Assembly (NCBI GenBank): GCA_963817915.1
Contig: CAWFQL010000011.1
Span: 160,001-224,000, forward strand
DNA from: an uncultured candidate division Zixibacteria bacterium
GTDB taxonomy: Bacteria > Zixibacteria > MSB-5A5 > UBA10806
DNA length: 64,000 bases
Direction: 5' to 3'
Part shown: piece after piece, positions 29,783-39,605 of the stretch
Numbering within the stretch: position 1 is the first letter of the stretch
How the letters are laid out: the number at the start of each line of letters is the position of its first letter
Position numbers and translations under genes: made by a program
The notes under the pieces: generated by a model
Database searches by the model: none
Told to the model about the DNA's origin: nothing
What the model saw: the letters and a program-made list of their open reading frames with translations, nothing else

Positions 29783-31066
29783 ATGAAAATTCTTGTAATA
29801 GGAAAAGGTGGCCGGGAACACGCGCTTGTATGGAAGTTATCTCAATCACCGCAAGTTAAAAAGATTTACGCCGCTCCGGGAAATGCCGGAATTTCCACGA
29901 TCGCGGAATCTGTGCCGATAGCCATCAATGATCTCGAAGGCTTGGCCAATTTCGCGAAAAAGAATTCCATCGGCTTGACAGTTGTCGGTCCCGAATTACC
30001 GTTGACGTTGGGCATTGTCGATATTTTCGAAGGGCATGGGTTGAAGATTTTCGGACCCACCAAAGAGGCATCGGAGATCGAGGGTTCTAAGTCATTCGCC
30101 AAGCAATTCATGCAAAAATACCACATTCCGACAGCGAGCTTTAGGATATTCCAAAATCACTTTGAGGCGATCGATTTCGTCTCGACTGCGCGCTACCCGT
30201 TGGTCATAAAGGCCGATGGGCTCGCCGCCGGCAAAGGCGCGGTAATCGCCGCGAATTTCGAAGAGGCCCGCTCCACAGTTGAAAATATCATGGTTCAGAA
30301 AGTATTCGGAGATGCCGGCGCCAAATTGGTAGTGGAGGAATTCCTTACAGGCGAGGAAATCACCGTAATGGCCTTGACCGACGGCGAGAGAGTCATTCCA
30401 ATGGTTTCCGCTCAAGATCACAAACGTATTTTTGACAATGACAAAGGTCCCAATACGGGCGGCATGGGTGCCTACGCTCCCGCGAATATAGTCTCAGACA
30501 AGATGCTTAAGAAAATTGTCGAGGAAATTCTTGAGCCGACAGTCCAGGGGCTCGCGGATCAAGGAAGACTTTATAAAGGCGTATTATATACCGGCCTGAT
30601 TATTACCGATAGAGGCCCCAAAGTGCTCGAGTATAACTGCAGATTCGGCGACCCCGAGACTCAGGCAGTCCTGCCGCTTCTGGAAAATGACCTGGCTCAG
30701 ATCTTTTTAGATATTGCCGATGGCTATCTTAATATCGATGAAGTTAAGTGGAAAGATATGTATTCAGTCTGCATTGTTTTGGCCTCGAAAGGATATCCTG
30801 AATCAACTGAAACAGGCATGGAAATAGACGGGCTGGATGATAAACGATTGCGCGATGTGCTGATATTTCATGCAGGCACGGTCAAAAAAGGCGAAAAATT
30901 TGTTACGGGCGGCGGTAGGGTTCTCGGAGTAACTGCGATGGATTATTCGATCAGGGGAGCAATCGCCAAGGCCTATGAAAGCGTAAAACATATTGGTTTC
31001 GATGGCATGCAATACAGGCATGATATCGGACAGAGGTCTGGAAGAGTAGATTCCAGTTATTTCTAA
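29783..31066 (+). CDS. purD: Phosphoribosylamine--glycine ligase
   Basis: GKGGREHAL, KADGLAAGKG, QDHKR, GPNTGGMG, RFGDPETQ. Confidence 0.97.
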   Translation: MKILVIGKGGREHALVWKLSQSPQVKKIYAAPGNAGISTIAESVPIAINDLEGLANFAKKNSIGLTVVGPELPLTLGIVDIFEGHGLKIFGPTKEASEIEGSKSFAKQFMQKYHIPTASFRIFQNHFEAIDFVSTARYPLVIKADGLAAGKGAVIAANFEEARSTVENIMVQKVFGDAGAKLVVEEFLTGEEITVMALTDGERVIPMVSAQDHKRIFDNDKGPNTGGMGAYAPANIVSDKMLKKIVEEILEPTVQGLADQGRLYKGVLYTGLIITDRGPKVLEYNCRFGDPETQAVLPLLENDLAQIFLDIADGYLNIDEVKWKDMYSVCIVLASKGYPESTETGMEIDGLDDKRLRDVLIFHAGTVKKGEKFVTGGGRVLGVTAMDYSIRGAIAKAYESVKHIGFDGMQYRHDIGQRSGRVDSSYF

Positions 31067-31530
31067 TGAAAAAGATCAAAGTACTTATAGTTCTCGGAAG
31101 CAAATCTGATAATGAAGCTATGGCCGGATGCGGAGCGCTTCTCGATGAATTCAAAATCCCTTTTACGCAGGAAATCAGTTCTGCCCATAGACAACCTGAT
31201 AAAACAATAAAATTACTGCGCCAGGCGGAATCATCCGGTGTTCAGATCGTAATCGCGGCGGCGGGCATGGCGGCTCACCTGCCCGGCTTTATCGCCTCTC
31301 AGACGATCTTACCGGTGATAGGCGTGCCGTTGTCTGGATCGGCATTGTCGGGTGTCGATGCGCTCTACTCGATAGTCCAGATGCCTGCTGGTGTGCCGGT
31401 AGCAACTATGGCCATAGGCGCGCATGGGGCAAAGAATGCGGCCCTGCTTGCGATCGAGATTCTTTCTCTCGCCGACGAAAAATTGAAGAAAAAACTTGTC
31501 GAATATCGAAAAGGTGCGGGAGGGCATTGA
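31066..31530 (+). CDS. purE: N5-CAIR mutase
   Basis: GSKSD, SAHR, AGMAAHLPG, SIVQMPAGVPVAT. Confidence 0.96.
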   Translation: MKKIKVLIVLGSKSDNEAMAGCGALLDEFKIPFTQEISSAHRQPDKTIKLLRQAESSGVQIVIAAAGMAAHLPGFIASQTILPVIGVPLSGSALSGVDALYSIVQMPAGVPVATMAIGAHGAKNAALLAIEILSLADEKLKKKLVEYRKGAGGH

Positions 31531-31531
31531 T

Positions 31532-32092
31532 ATGATAGTTCTTATTTTTTTATTGCCTATAATTCTAGCCGTCATTGTCGCGATGATCGCCGTTTTCATT
31601 TATAATAATCTGGTGACCCTGAAAAATACCGCTGTGGCCGCCTGGCATCAAATTGATGTCCAACTGGCGAGGCGCGCCGATCTCGTCGGCAATCTGGTCG
31701 AAACTGTCAAAGGGTATGCCGCTCATGAAAAGACGGTTCTTGAGGACGTCACCAATGCCAGATCATCAGTCATGCAGAGTAAGACGCCCGGCGATGCAGG
31801 TAAGGCCATGACAGGGCTGGATGGCGCCTTGGCGCGTTTATTCGCGGTGGCCGAGAATTATCCCAATCTCAAGGCTGATACCAGTTTTCTATCGCTCCAA
31901 AATCAGCTCAGGGAAATCGAGTTGAGTATCGCGGAAGTGAGGCAGTATTATAATGGCGTCGTGCGAAATTACAATATTGCTTGCGAACGTTTCCCTGCCA
32001 ATTTATTCGCGACTACTTTCGGATTTGCTCAGCGGGATTATTTCGAAATCCCTGAAACCAAAACCGAACCCCCAAAAGTGAGTTTTACATAG
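31532..32092 (+). CDS. lemA: LemA family protein
   Basis: N-terminal TM, IDVQLARRADL, VKGYAAHE, AENYPNLKA. Confidence 0.92.
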   Translation: MIVLIFLLPIILAVIVAMIAVFIYNNLVTLKNTAVAAWHQIDVQLARRADLVGNLVETVKGYAAHEKTVLEDVTNARSSVMQSKTPGDAGKAMTGLDGALARLFAVAENYPNLKADTSFLSLQNQLREIELSIAEVRQYYNGVVRNYNIACERFPANLFATTFGFAQRDYFEIPETKTEPPKVSFT

Positions 32093-32093
32093 C

Positions 32094-32972
32094 GTGACTT
32101 CGATTGGGCAAAGACTTGACAGCCCGGAAGCCTCGACTAAGCTATCATTAGCCGCAAACGTTTTATTACTGATTCTTAAGACTGCCGGTGGATTCTGGGG
32201 CGGTAGCCGGGCATTAATCGCGGATAGTATTAATTCGCTGCTTGATCTTGTCGCTAATTCGGCTGTCTGGATTGGCATCAGGCTGGCCAAAAAGCCTGCA
32301 GACTCAGACCATCAATATGGCCACGGAAATGCGGATGTTATCGCGGCGTCATTTGTGGCGATAATAATTTTCGTAACAGGCATTTTTATCACTTATGATT
32401 CTATCGCGATCATAGTAAAGCAGGAATTCAAGATTCCGGCATTTTACGCGACTCTAATTGCGCTCTTTACGATTATCCTCAAGCAGATATTATATATATA
32501 TACAAAAAAGGTCGGCGCTAAATTCAAAAGCCCTGCTGTCCTCGCCAACGCCCAGGATCATAAATCCGACGTCTATGCCTCATCGGGCGCGCTGGTTGGC
32601 ATTATATTTTCACAATTGGGTTATCCGATATTGGATCCGATCGGCGGACTTTGGGTTTCCTTTTTTATTTTAAGAAATTCCATAAATTTGATAAAAGATA
32701 ATGTTCACACCTTAATGAGCGGAGCTCCCAAAAAGGCGTTCGAGGATAAGGTAAAACAAACAATAAATGAGGTAAAAGAAGTCGAGGGAATAGTGGCCAC
32801 CAGGATTCGCACTCTCGGCATGCGACATTATGTCGATATCGATATTTTTGTCGATGGCAATCTAAGTGTAAAACAAGGGCATTGTATCGCCCATCAGGTC
32901 AGAGATTTATTGCTGGCCAGATTTGATGATATAATAGAAGTCATGGTTCATGTAGAACCGTCGCCGGAGTGA
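32094..32972 (+). CDS. Cation diffusion facilitator (FieF-like) transporter
   Basis: SRALIAD, DHQYGHG, HKSD, C-terminal ZT-dimer domain VMVHVEP. Confidence 0.9.
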   Translation: MTSIGQRLDSPEASTKLSLAANVLLLILKTAGGFWGGSRALIADSINSLLDLVANSAVWIGIRLAKKPADSDHQYGHGNADVIAASFVAIIIFVTGIFITYDSIAIIVKQEFKIPAFYATLIALFTIILKQILYIYTKKVGAKFKSPAVLANAQDHKSDVYASSGALVGIIFSQLGYPILDPIGGLWVSFFILRNSINLIKDNVHTLMSGAPKKAFEDKVKQTINEVKEVEGIVATRIRTLGMRHYVDIDIFVDGNLSVKQGHCIAHQVRDLLLARFDDIIEVMVHVEPSPE

Positions 32973-32976
32973 TTAT

Positions 32977-34206
32977 ATGAACATTACATTTTTTGAAGAT
33001 TTCTCATTTGGCAATTTTTATCCGATTTCACTTTCTCACCCTATTTATATGCTCTGGAGCGGCACGTCGAGACTATACGAAAAATGGCTGAGGAGTTTAT
33101 AAGCCTTCGCAATATTCATTTTTTTGCAGGCCTTATTTATCGCTGGCTTGGCCAATGAAACCGCGAAGAATGTCAATATCGTTCCTGAAAATGATGTCGT
33201 CTTTATCAATAGCAGATTCCTGCCGTCCAAGGCTCTAACTGCCGCCATCAAAAATCTTGGATCTGGTCAGGCGTTACTTTGCGAAGATATCCTGATTGCG
33301 TTCAGGGTTGGCAAAAATAGGACTTCGGCACAACTTGAGATTATCGAGAATCTTCTTGAACGGGACAGCATCGACAGAATAAAAGGCTCATTTAATATAA
33401 AAGAATTAAAGCTCGAACCGATCAATTACCTCTGGGATCTCGTAAGTCAAAACAGCGATATAATTACGAGAGAATTCAGCTATTTCAAAAAGCGGAGAAT
33501 GGGTAAAATCGACAATCAATCGTCGCTAATGAATAAATCCAAAATATACATCTCACCCAAGGCGACTATATTCCCGCATGTTGTTATTGACGCCACCGAG
33601 GGCCCCGTCATAATCGATGAGAATGCTACAGTCGAATCTATGACCTACATCAAGGGGCCGACCTATATAGGGCGCAATTCCAGGATTGTCGGTGGAAGAA
33701 TTCGTGAGGGATGCTCCATTGGCCCTGTTTGCCGCGTGGGAGGAGAGGTTGAGGATTCTATTATTCTCGGCTATTCCAATAAATACCATGAAGGATTTCT
33801 TGGTCATGCCTATCTTGGCGAATGGGTCAATCTCGGCGCGATGACTACCAATTCCGATCTCAAAAACAATTATGCTAATATCAATGTTTCAGTAGGGGAA
33901 AGGGTAGTCGACAGCAAGCAAATGAAGATCGGCTGTTTTATTGGAGACCATACAAAAACTGGCATTGGCACATTGCTAAATACCGGCATTTCGATTGGAT
34001 TTTCTTGCAATCTTTATGGGGGGAGCCTCTTCCAGGAGAAGCTGATAAAATCGTTCTCGTGGGGAACCCCCGATGATCTGGTCGAGTATCGTATAAACAA
34101 GGCGATTGAAACAGCTTCCCGGACCATGGCGCGGCGAGATATTCAGTTTTCGACCGTGCAAGAGAAGCTTTTTCAATACATTCAAAAGCTCGATGGAATG
34201 GTTTAG
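32977..34206 (+). CDS. GlmU-like putative sugar nucleotidyl/acetyltransferase (disrupted at 33095-33152, likely sequence errors)
   Basis: MNITFFED..FYPISLSHP N-terminus from ATG 32977; in-frame TAA at 33100; left-handed beta-helix with NKYHEGFLGHAYLGEWVNLGAMTTNSDLKNNY. Confidence 0.8.
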
Positions 34207-34368
34207 TTCTTGCGATGGAATTACTTTTCGTTTGACAATGCTTAATTAAGAGATTTATTCATTCGGTGATGATAAAGGGTCAAGTGCAGTCTACAGCGGA
34301 CGATAACCTGTATAAGATGATTTTAATATTTGGGATTTAAGTTATGCATATAGCTAATTGGAGGGCAA

Positions 34369-35364
34369 ATGCCTGAGCTTCGTAAAGATCCTATTGTCGG
34401 CCGATGGGTCATTATTTCTACTGAACGGGGTAAACGGCCATCGGATTTCCCCACTGAATCTCATAAAAGAAACTCCAAATTATGCCCGTTTTGCCCAACC
34501 AATGAATCCGCGACACCACCAGAAATTTACGCGATTCGCGAAAATGGTTCCAGCTCCAATTCACCCGGATGGAAGTTGCGAGTAATTCCCAATAAATATC
34601 CGGCACTCAGAATTGAAGGCGACCTGAATAGAGTCGGCGAAGGCATTTTCGATAAAATGAACGGTATCGGTGCTCACGAGGTAATAATCGAGACCCCGGA
34701 TCATCTGCTTGATCTCGCCGATCTTGAAAATAAGGATATCGAAAATGTCATCTGGGCCTATAGAGGACGAATAATTGATTTAAAAAATGACCATAGATTT
34801 CGCTATATGATGATATTTAAGAACCAGGGCGAGGCGGCCGGGGCATCGTTGGAGCATTCGCACAGCCAATTGATCGCCACTCCCATAGTCCCGAAAAATA
34901 TTGTCGAGGAGATGGCCGGTGTTCAAAAATACTATGAATACAAAGAACGTTGTATTTTCTGCGATATCATTCGTCAGGAGATCAGGGAAGAGGCGCGCGT
35001 TATAAGCCAAAACGATGATTATATTTCTATGGAACCATTTGCGGCCAGATTCCCATTTGAAACCTGGATTTTACCCAAAAAGCATGATGCTTCATTCGAA
35101 AATATTCAAAAAGAGAGCGTTATCGCGTTTGCGGCAATTTTAAAGGACACACTTTTGAAATTATCGCGAGCCCTTAATAATCCGTCATATAATTATGTTA
35201 TTCATACCGCGCCCGCTGAAGTCGGCAACCCCATGGAATTCCACTGGCATCTAGAGATTATGCCCAAACTGACTAAGGTAGCAGGGTTTGAATGGGGTAC
35301 TGGATTTTTCATTAATCCAACATCGCCCGAAGATGCCGCACGCTTTTTAAAAGAGATAAAATAA
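34369..35364 (+). CDS. galT: Galactose-1-phosphate uridylyltransferase family (GalT-like)
   Basis: ELRKDP, CPFC, GASLEHSHSQ, CIFC, HWHLEI, AGFEWGTG. Confidence 0.92.
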   Translation: MPELRKDPIVGRWVIISTERGKRPSDFPTESHKRNSKLCPFCPTNESATPPEIYAIRENGSSSNSPGWKLRVIPNKYPALRIEGDLNRVGEGIFDKMNGIGAHEVIIETPDHLLDLADLENKDIENVIWAYRGRIIDLKNDHRFRYMMIFKNQGEAAGASLEHSHSQLIATPIVPKNIVEEMAGVQKYYEYKERCIFCDIIRQEIREEARVISQNDDYISMEPFAARFPFETWILPKKHDASFENIQKESVIAFAAILKDTLLKLSRALNNPSYNYVIHTAPAEVGNPMEFHWHLEIMPKLTKVAGFEWGTGFFINPTSPEDAARFLKEIK

Positions 35365-35417
35365 TATTCCCCGGATTATTCCATTCGTAATAGATTTTCC
35401 ATAATTGGAGGCATTTC

Positions 35418-36905
35418 ATGCAATCATTGAAAATATTAATTGTATCCCCCGAAGCTGTTCCCTATGCCAAAACTGGTGGGCTCGCCGATGTTGCCGGAGC
35501 TCTGCCCAAGGCGATTTCCGCATCCGGGCACGAAGTAAAGCTGGTACTTCCATTGTATAAACATGTAGATCGCGCAAAATTCGGTCTGGTGGAAATCGCA
35601 TCGAATATTTCGATGGAATTTGCCGGGAGAGATGAAAAATTCAGCCTCTATAAATGCGAGGCGGCAGGCGATGGATTCGAAGTTTGGTTCATTCAAAATG
35701 ATAATTTTTACAATCGTCCAGAGCTCTACCGCGACCCGGCGACCGGCAATGACTGGGCTGATAATGATGAACGATTCGCGTTCTTTGCTCGGGCAGTATT
35801 GGAATCCTGCAAGAATACAGGCTTTATTCCCGATGTAATCCATTGCAACGACTGGCAAAGCGGCCTGATTCCAGCATTTTTGAAAGTTGATCCGCGCTAT
35901 AGCCAATTTCAAAAAATCGCGACCATATTTTCGATTCACAATATCGCCTATCAGGGGAATTTCCCTCCTGAATGTTTTGCTAAATTAGGGCTGGATAAAT
36001 CGCTATTCGCTGCGGCAGGCGGCTTTGAATTTTGGAATAAACTGAGCTATTTGAAGGCCGGGGTTTGGTATACCGACATTATCAATACGGTCTCCAAACG
36101 ATACGCTGAAGAAATCCAATCGACAAATGAATATGGTTATGGTTTCGAAGGAATCTTAAAAGATCGCACCAAAGATTTATTCGGCGTTCTCAACGGTATC
36201 GATTATGATATCTGGAATCCTGCCACTGATGAATTGCTTCCGGCCAATTACACTCCTGAAAAACTCGCCGGAAAATCCAAATGCAAACGAGCCCTTCGCC
36301 AGATGGTCAAACTGCCATTGGTGAGAACCGATGTTCCGATTATTGGGATTATTTCCCGTTTAGCGGACCAAAAAGGATTCGACCTGATTGCTGAAGTCGC
36401 CGACAGCCTATTGGCTTTGGAATTGCAGGTAGTGGTTTTGGGTACCGGAGATCAGAAATATCACGAACTATTCGCGGCATTGCAGAAAAAATATCCCAAA
36501 AAGTTAGCGTTATCGCTCGAATTTAACAACCAACTGGCCCATCTAATTGAGGCGGGAAGTGATATGTTTCTGATGCCATCACGCTATGAGCCCTGCGGTT
36601 TAAATCAGATGTACAGCCTCAAATACGGCACTATACCGATTGTCCGCGAGACCGGTGGCCTTGCCGATACTATCCAAAACGCTAATCCCTCCAGAGGCAC
36701 CGGAAATGGTTTCGTTTTCAAAAGCTATAATTCTAAAGAGATGCTGAATACGATCAAATTTGCCTTGGAAGTCTATCGCGATAAAAATGTCTGGGAAGTC
36801 CTGATGCTCAAGGGCATGCGCCAGGATTTCTCCTGGAACGCCTCCGCCCAGCAGTATATAGAGCTTTATAATAAGGCCATCGAAAAGAAATCCTCCTGGA
36901 CTTGA
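35418..36905 (+). CDS. glgA: Glycogen synthase
   Basis: KTGGLADV, HCNDWQ, LNGID, SRLADQKG, EPCGLNQ. Confidence 0.95.
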   Translation: MQSLKILIVSPEAVPYAKTGGLADVAGALPKAISASGHEVKLVLPLYKHVDRAKFGLVEIASNISMEFAGRDEKFSLYKCEAAGDGFEVWFIQNDNFYNRPELYRDPATGNDWADNDERFAFFARAVLESCKNTGFIPDVIHCNDWQSGLIPAFLKVDPRYSQFQKIATIFSIHNIAYQGNFPPECFAKLGLDKSLFAAAGGFEFWNKLSYLKAGVWYTDIINTVSKRYAEEIQSTNEYGYGFEGILKDRTKDLFGVLNGIDYDIWNPATDELLPANYTPEKLAGKSKCKRALRQMVKLPLVRTDVPIIGIISRLADQKGFDLIAEVADSLLALELQVVVLGTGDQKYHELFAALQKKYPKKLALSLEFNNQLAHLIEAGSDMFLMPSRYEPCGLNQMYSLKYGTIPIVRETGGLADTIQNANPSRGTGNGFVFKSYNSKEMLNTIKFALEVYRDKNVWEVLMLKGMRQDFSWNASAQQYIELYNKAIEKKSSWT

Positions 36906-37179
36906 TTCCTGCGAGTCATGGCTTGCCATGACCGCAATCCACTTGTCATTCCGCACCCGCCACGGCGGGCCTGAAGCAGCTTGATGCGGAATCCATCCTG
37001 TTCGCCAAAATCACGAATCTCCTGTAGGGGCGGGTTTGAAACCCGCCCCTACAATATATCAATCTTCGTATGGGACTGATTTATCAAACCCATTAATAAT
37101 TATTGCAAAATCCCCTGTAGGGGCCGACCTGCGCGTCGGCCCGAACATGTGGCGTGCGCACCCGTGTGTGCACTCCTAC
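36904..37179. repeat. Cluster of REP-like palindromes (GTAG-type and GTCATTCC...GGAATCC-type)
   Basis: GTCATGGC-TT-GCCATGAC; GTCATTCCGCA...TGCGGAATCC; TGTAGGGGCGGGTTT-G-AAACCCGCCCCTACA (37023-37053); GTAGGGGCCGACCTGCGCGTCGGCCC (37117-37142) facing an inverted ...CTCCTAC unit (37151-37179). Confidence 0.8.
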
Positions 37180-37295
37180 TTTGGCAATTTCTCGCGTCGT
37201 CAGGAACCCTTTCCTCACAACGGCAGGTACCAAATGGGTGTCATGGGTCATTTCCCCTGGAGAATGACGCCAGATTTTCTTTCTCATAAAAATTC

Positions 37296-37323
37296 TTGAC
37301 AAATCCTCTTTTTCGGATAATTT
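37296..37323 (+). promoter_or_regulatory. sigma70 promoter for tRNA-Gly
   Basis: TTGACA-N16-TAATTT. Confidence 0.55.
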
Positions 37324-37357
37324 ACGTATCTGTCGCCGCCGGATGGCGGCATCCAAT

Positions 37358-37430
37358 GCGGGAGTAGCTCAGCTGGTAGAGCACCACCTTGCCAAGGTGG
37401 CTGTCGCGAGTTCGATCCTCGTCTCCCGCT
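37358..37430 (+). tRNA. tRNA-Gly (GCC)
   Basis: GCGGGAG acceptor stem, AGCTCAGCTGGTAGAGC D-arm, CTTGCCAAG anticodon loop, GTTCGA T-loop; CCA not encoded. Confidence 0.96.
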
Positions 37431-37481
37431 TATTTTTTTGCCCGCAATTTATATCGGAACAGTCACCGCGCCTGTTTTCGC

Positions 37482-37510
37482 TTGACACTTTTATGCCTCG
37501 TCTCTATTTT
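37482..37510 (+). promoter_or_regulatory. sigma70 promoter for tRNA-Cys/Leu
   Basis: TTGACA-N17-TATTTT. Confidence 0.55.
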
Positions 37511-37529
37511 GCCGATGAAGTCTTATGAT

Positions 37530-37601
<72 letters not shown>

Positions 37602-37608
37602 TTGTCAT

Positions 37609-37694
37609 GCCGGAATGGCGGAACAGGTAGACGCAAGGGACTTAAAATCCCTCGGGCCTTACGGTCCGTGTCGGTTCAATTCCGACTTCCGGCA
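37609..37694 (+). tRNA. tRNA-Leu (TAA)
   Basis: GCCGGAA...TTCCGGC-A, anticodon loop CTTAAAA, long variable arm; Gly-Cys-Leu order as in glyW-cysT-leuZ. Confidence 0.96.
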
Positions 37695-37720
37695 TTAATC
37701 ATATCTCCCTGAAAATTATT

Positions 37721-37751
37721 ATCTTAGGCTCCCCCAGCCTGAGATTTTTTT
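37721..37751 (+). terminator. Terminator after the tRNA cluster
   Basis: ATCTTAGGCT-CCCCC-AGCCTGAGAT followed by a T-run. Confidence 0.7.
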
Positions 37752-37772
37752 ATTGATAATTCCATACCAAAA

Positions 37773-37799
37773 TCAAGCCTATATCTATTAAGCCGATAT
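37773..37799 (+). promoter_or_regulatory. sigma28 promoter of the RsbU/W/V module
   Basis: TCAA-N15-GCCGATAT. Confidence 0.6.
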
Positions 37800-37809
37800 T
37801 AGATATGGT

Positions 37810-39141
37810 ATGGTGGAAAATATAATTTCAATCGATCCCGCCATCATCAAAGATTCGCCGGAAAAAGTTATCGCGATTCTCGATGAAAAATTGCAGGATC
37901 AAATCAATAAATTCAACGATCTCTCTCGGATCGGCACGGTCATCACCTCTGTTATGGAGCTCGACCGAATCCTTCCGGTAGTCATGGAATCAGCGTTGGC
38001 CATGATAAAAGGTGAGGTCGGCGAGATCGTTCTTTTTTCGCCCGATGGCACCAATAACACCTCGGTATGCTGGGGGATTTCGAAAAAAGTCACAAGCGTT
38101 CTGATGAATAAAAATGGCCAGAATATTTGGGACTACATAAAGGAATCCGGCGGCAATATAAAAATCGATGACCTATCCAGCGACCCCGAGTGGAGCATGA
38201 CCAAAAAAGGGGCTAATATCTCGTCGCTTGTTGCTGTCCCTTTGAGCAGTCAGAATCGAGTAATTGGCGCCGCGGTAATTGCGAATAAAATCGATGAACC
38301 GTTCTTCACCGATGATGATGTCTTCTCGCTCGAAATTCTGGGAAGATTCGCCGCGGTCGCTGTGATCAATAGCGAGCTTCACGCCGAGGCTCTTGAAAAG
38401 CAAAAGCTTGAGGCCAATCTAAATATGGCCCATCAGATTCAGAATACATTGATGCCTGAAAAAATAATCGATTTCGGCAATCTTAAGATTTATGCCCAAA
38501 ATACGATGGCCATGCAGGTCGGCGGCGATTTTTACGACGTTATTCAAGTCTCGCCAAACAAATACGTCATCGCCATCGCCGATGTCTGCAATAAGGGCTT
38601 TTCCGCCGCCTTGATGATGACCGCTACTCGAAGCCTGGTGCGGGCCTATGTCAATGAACCTATTGACCTTAGCGCTCTCGCCCGCAATGTCAATCTTCAA
38701 TTGAGCAAGGATGCCGCTCGTCTGGAAGGAATGTTTGTCACATCAATGCTGGTTTACGTGGATTTCGATGAGAATATTATAAAATCGGTCAATGCCGGTC
38801 ATCCACCTGGCTTTATTTGGTCTCCCGGAGGCGAAATCGAAAAAATGAAGACCGGAGGCCCGTTTCTGGGCCAATTTGAGGAATTCCAGTACAAAGAAGA
38901 GTCATTTCCGTTAACTCCTGGAACACGATTTTTTCTTTACACAGATGGTGTCTTCGAATGTGTCGATAAAAATGGTAAGATGTTTGGAATTTCAGGGGTC
39001 GAAAATTTTTTAAGGATAAATGAAGATGCCGAACCGGAGATTCTCATGACCAGTATGCTTGAAATACTCAAACAATATACAAGCGATCCGGAACGTTTGG
39101 ATGACACTACTTTTGTATTAGCTCACGTGAGGAATCTATGA
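37810..39141 (+). CDS. GAF + PP2C (RsbU/SpoIIE-type) phosphatase
   Basis: GAF, VGGDFYD, ADVCNKG, NAGHPP, YTDGVFE, DDTT. Confidence 0.9.
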   Translation: MVENIISIDPAIIKDSPEKVIAILDEKLQDQINKFNDLSRIGTVITSVMELDRILPVVMESALAMIKGEVGEIVLFSPDGTNNTSVCWGISKKVTSVLMNKNGQNIWDYIKESGGNIKIDDLSSDPEWSMTKKGANISSLVAVPLSSQNRVIGAAVIANKIDEPFFTDDDVFSLEILGRFAAVAVINSELHAEALEKQKLEANLNMAHQIQNTLMPEKIIDFGNLKIYAQNTMAMQVGGDFYDVIQVSPNKYVIAIADVCNKGFSAALMMTATRSLVRAYVNEPIDLSALARNVNLQLSKDAARLEGMFVTSMLVYVDFDENIIKSVNAGHPPGFIWSPGGEIEKMKTGGPFLGQFEEFQYKEESFPLTPGTRFFLYTDGVFECVDKNGKMFGISGVENFLRINEDAEPEILMTSMLEILKQYTSDPERLDDTTFVLAHVRNL

Positions 39142-39587
39142 GTAAATATTTTTTCTCATTCCCAAGTAATATGACAACGCTCAAAATTTCCGATTTTGTT
39201 TTTGAGGCTCTCATCGATACTATCGATACCGATGAAATGGAAAAGCACCGGCTAAAAGTCGTGGTCTCGGAGTTATTCGTCAACGCTTTCAAGCATGGAA
39301 ATAATTCCGATCCGTCAAAATATATCGATGTCATCTTCGATATCGACAAGCGCAATTTTGAAGTCGTCGTGAAGGATCAGGGAAGCGGGCTGGCTCGAGA
39401 GACATTCAGAGCGTTTGTTGATTCCTGGGCTGATCCCGAAGAAGAGCATGGCCGCGGTATAAAAATTGTCTGCAAGCTCAGCGATAATGTCAATATTTTC
39501 AAAGATTCCGATGGAAAATTCTGTGTCAGGGCTGTCAAAAATATAAAAGATAAAGTCAATAATTTTAGTCTGGTAATAAATAAATAG
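39138..39587 (+). CDS. RsbW-type anti-sigma factor / Ser kinase
   Basis: VSELFVNAFKHGN, DQGSG, EHGRGIKIV. Confidence 0.88.
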   Translation: MSKYFFSFPSNMTTLKISDFVFEALIDTIDTDEMEKHRLKVVVSELFVNAFKHGNNSDPSKYIDVIFDIDKRNFEVVVKDQGSGLARETFRAFVDSWADPEEEHGRGIKIVCKLSDNVNIFKDSDGKFCVRAVKNIKDKVNNFSLVINK

Positions 39588-39605
39588 ATAAAATCGGAGG
39601 GTAAT

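Noticed and set aside
33100..33102. Stop-codon readthrough or recoding
   Set aside because: The codon is TAA, and the shifted frame gives a more family-like sequence (FFCRPYL); compensating indels explain it better.
36904..37179. CRISPR array
   Set aside because: The palindromes are non-identical and irregularly spaced, and no cas genes are present.
37036..37528. ORFs 37036-37299, 37093-37356 and 37343-37528
   Set aside because: They are translations of REP palindromes, promoter DNA and tRNA-Gly.
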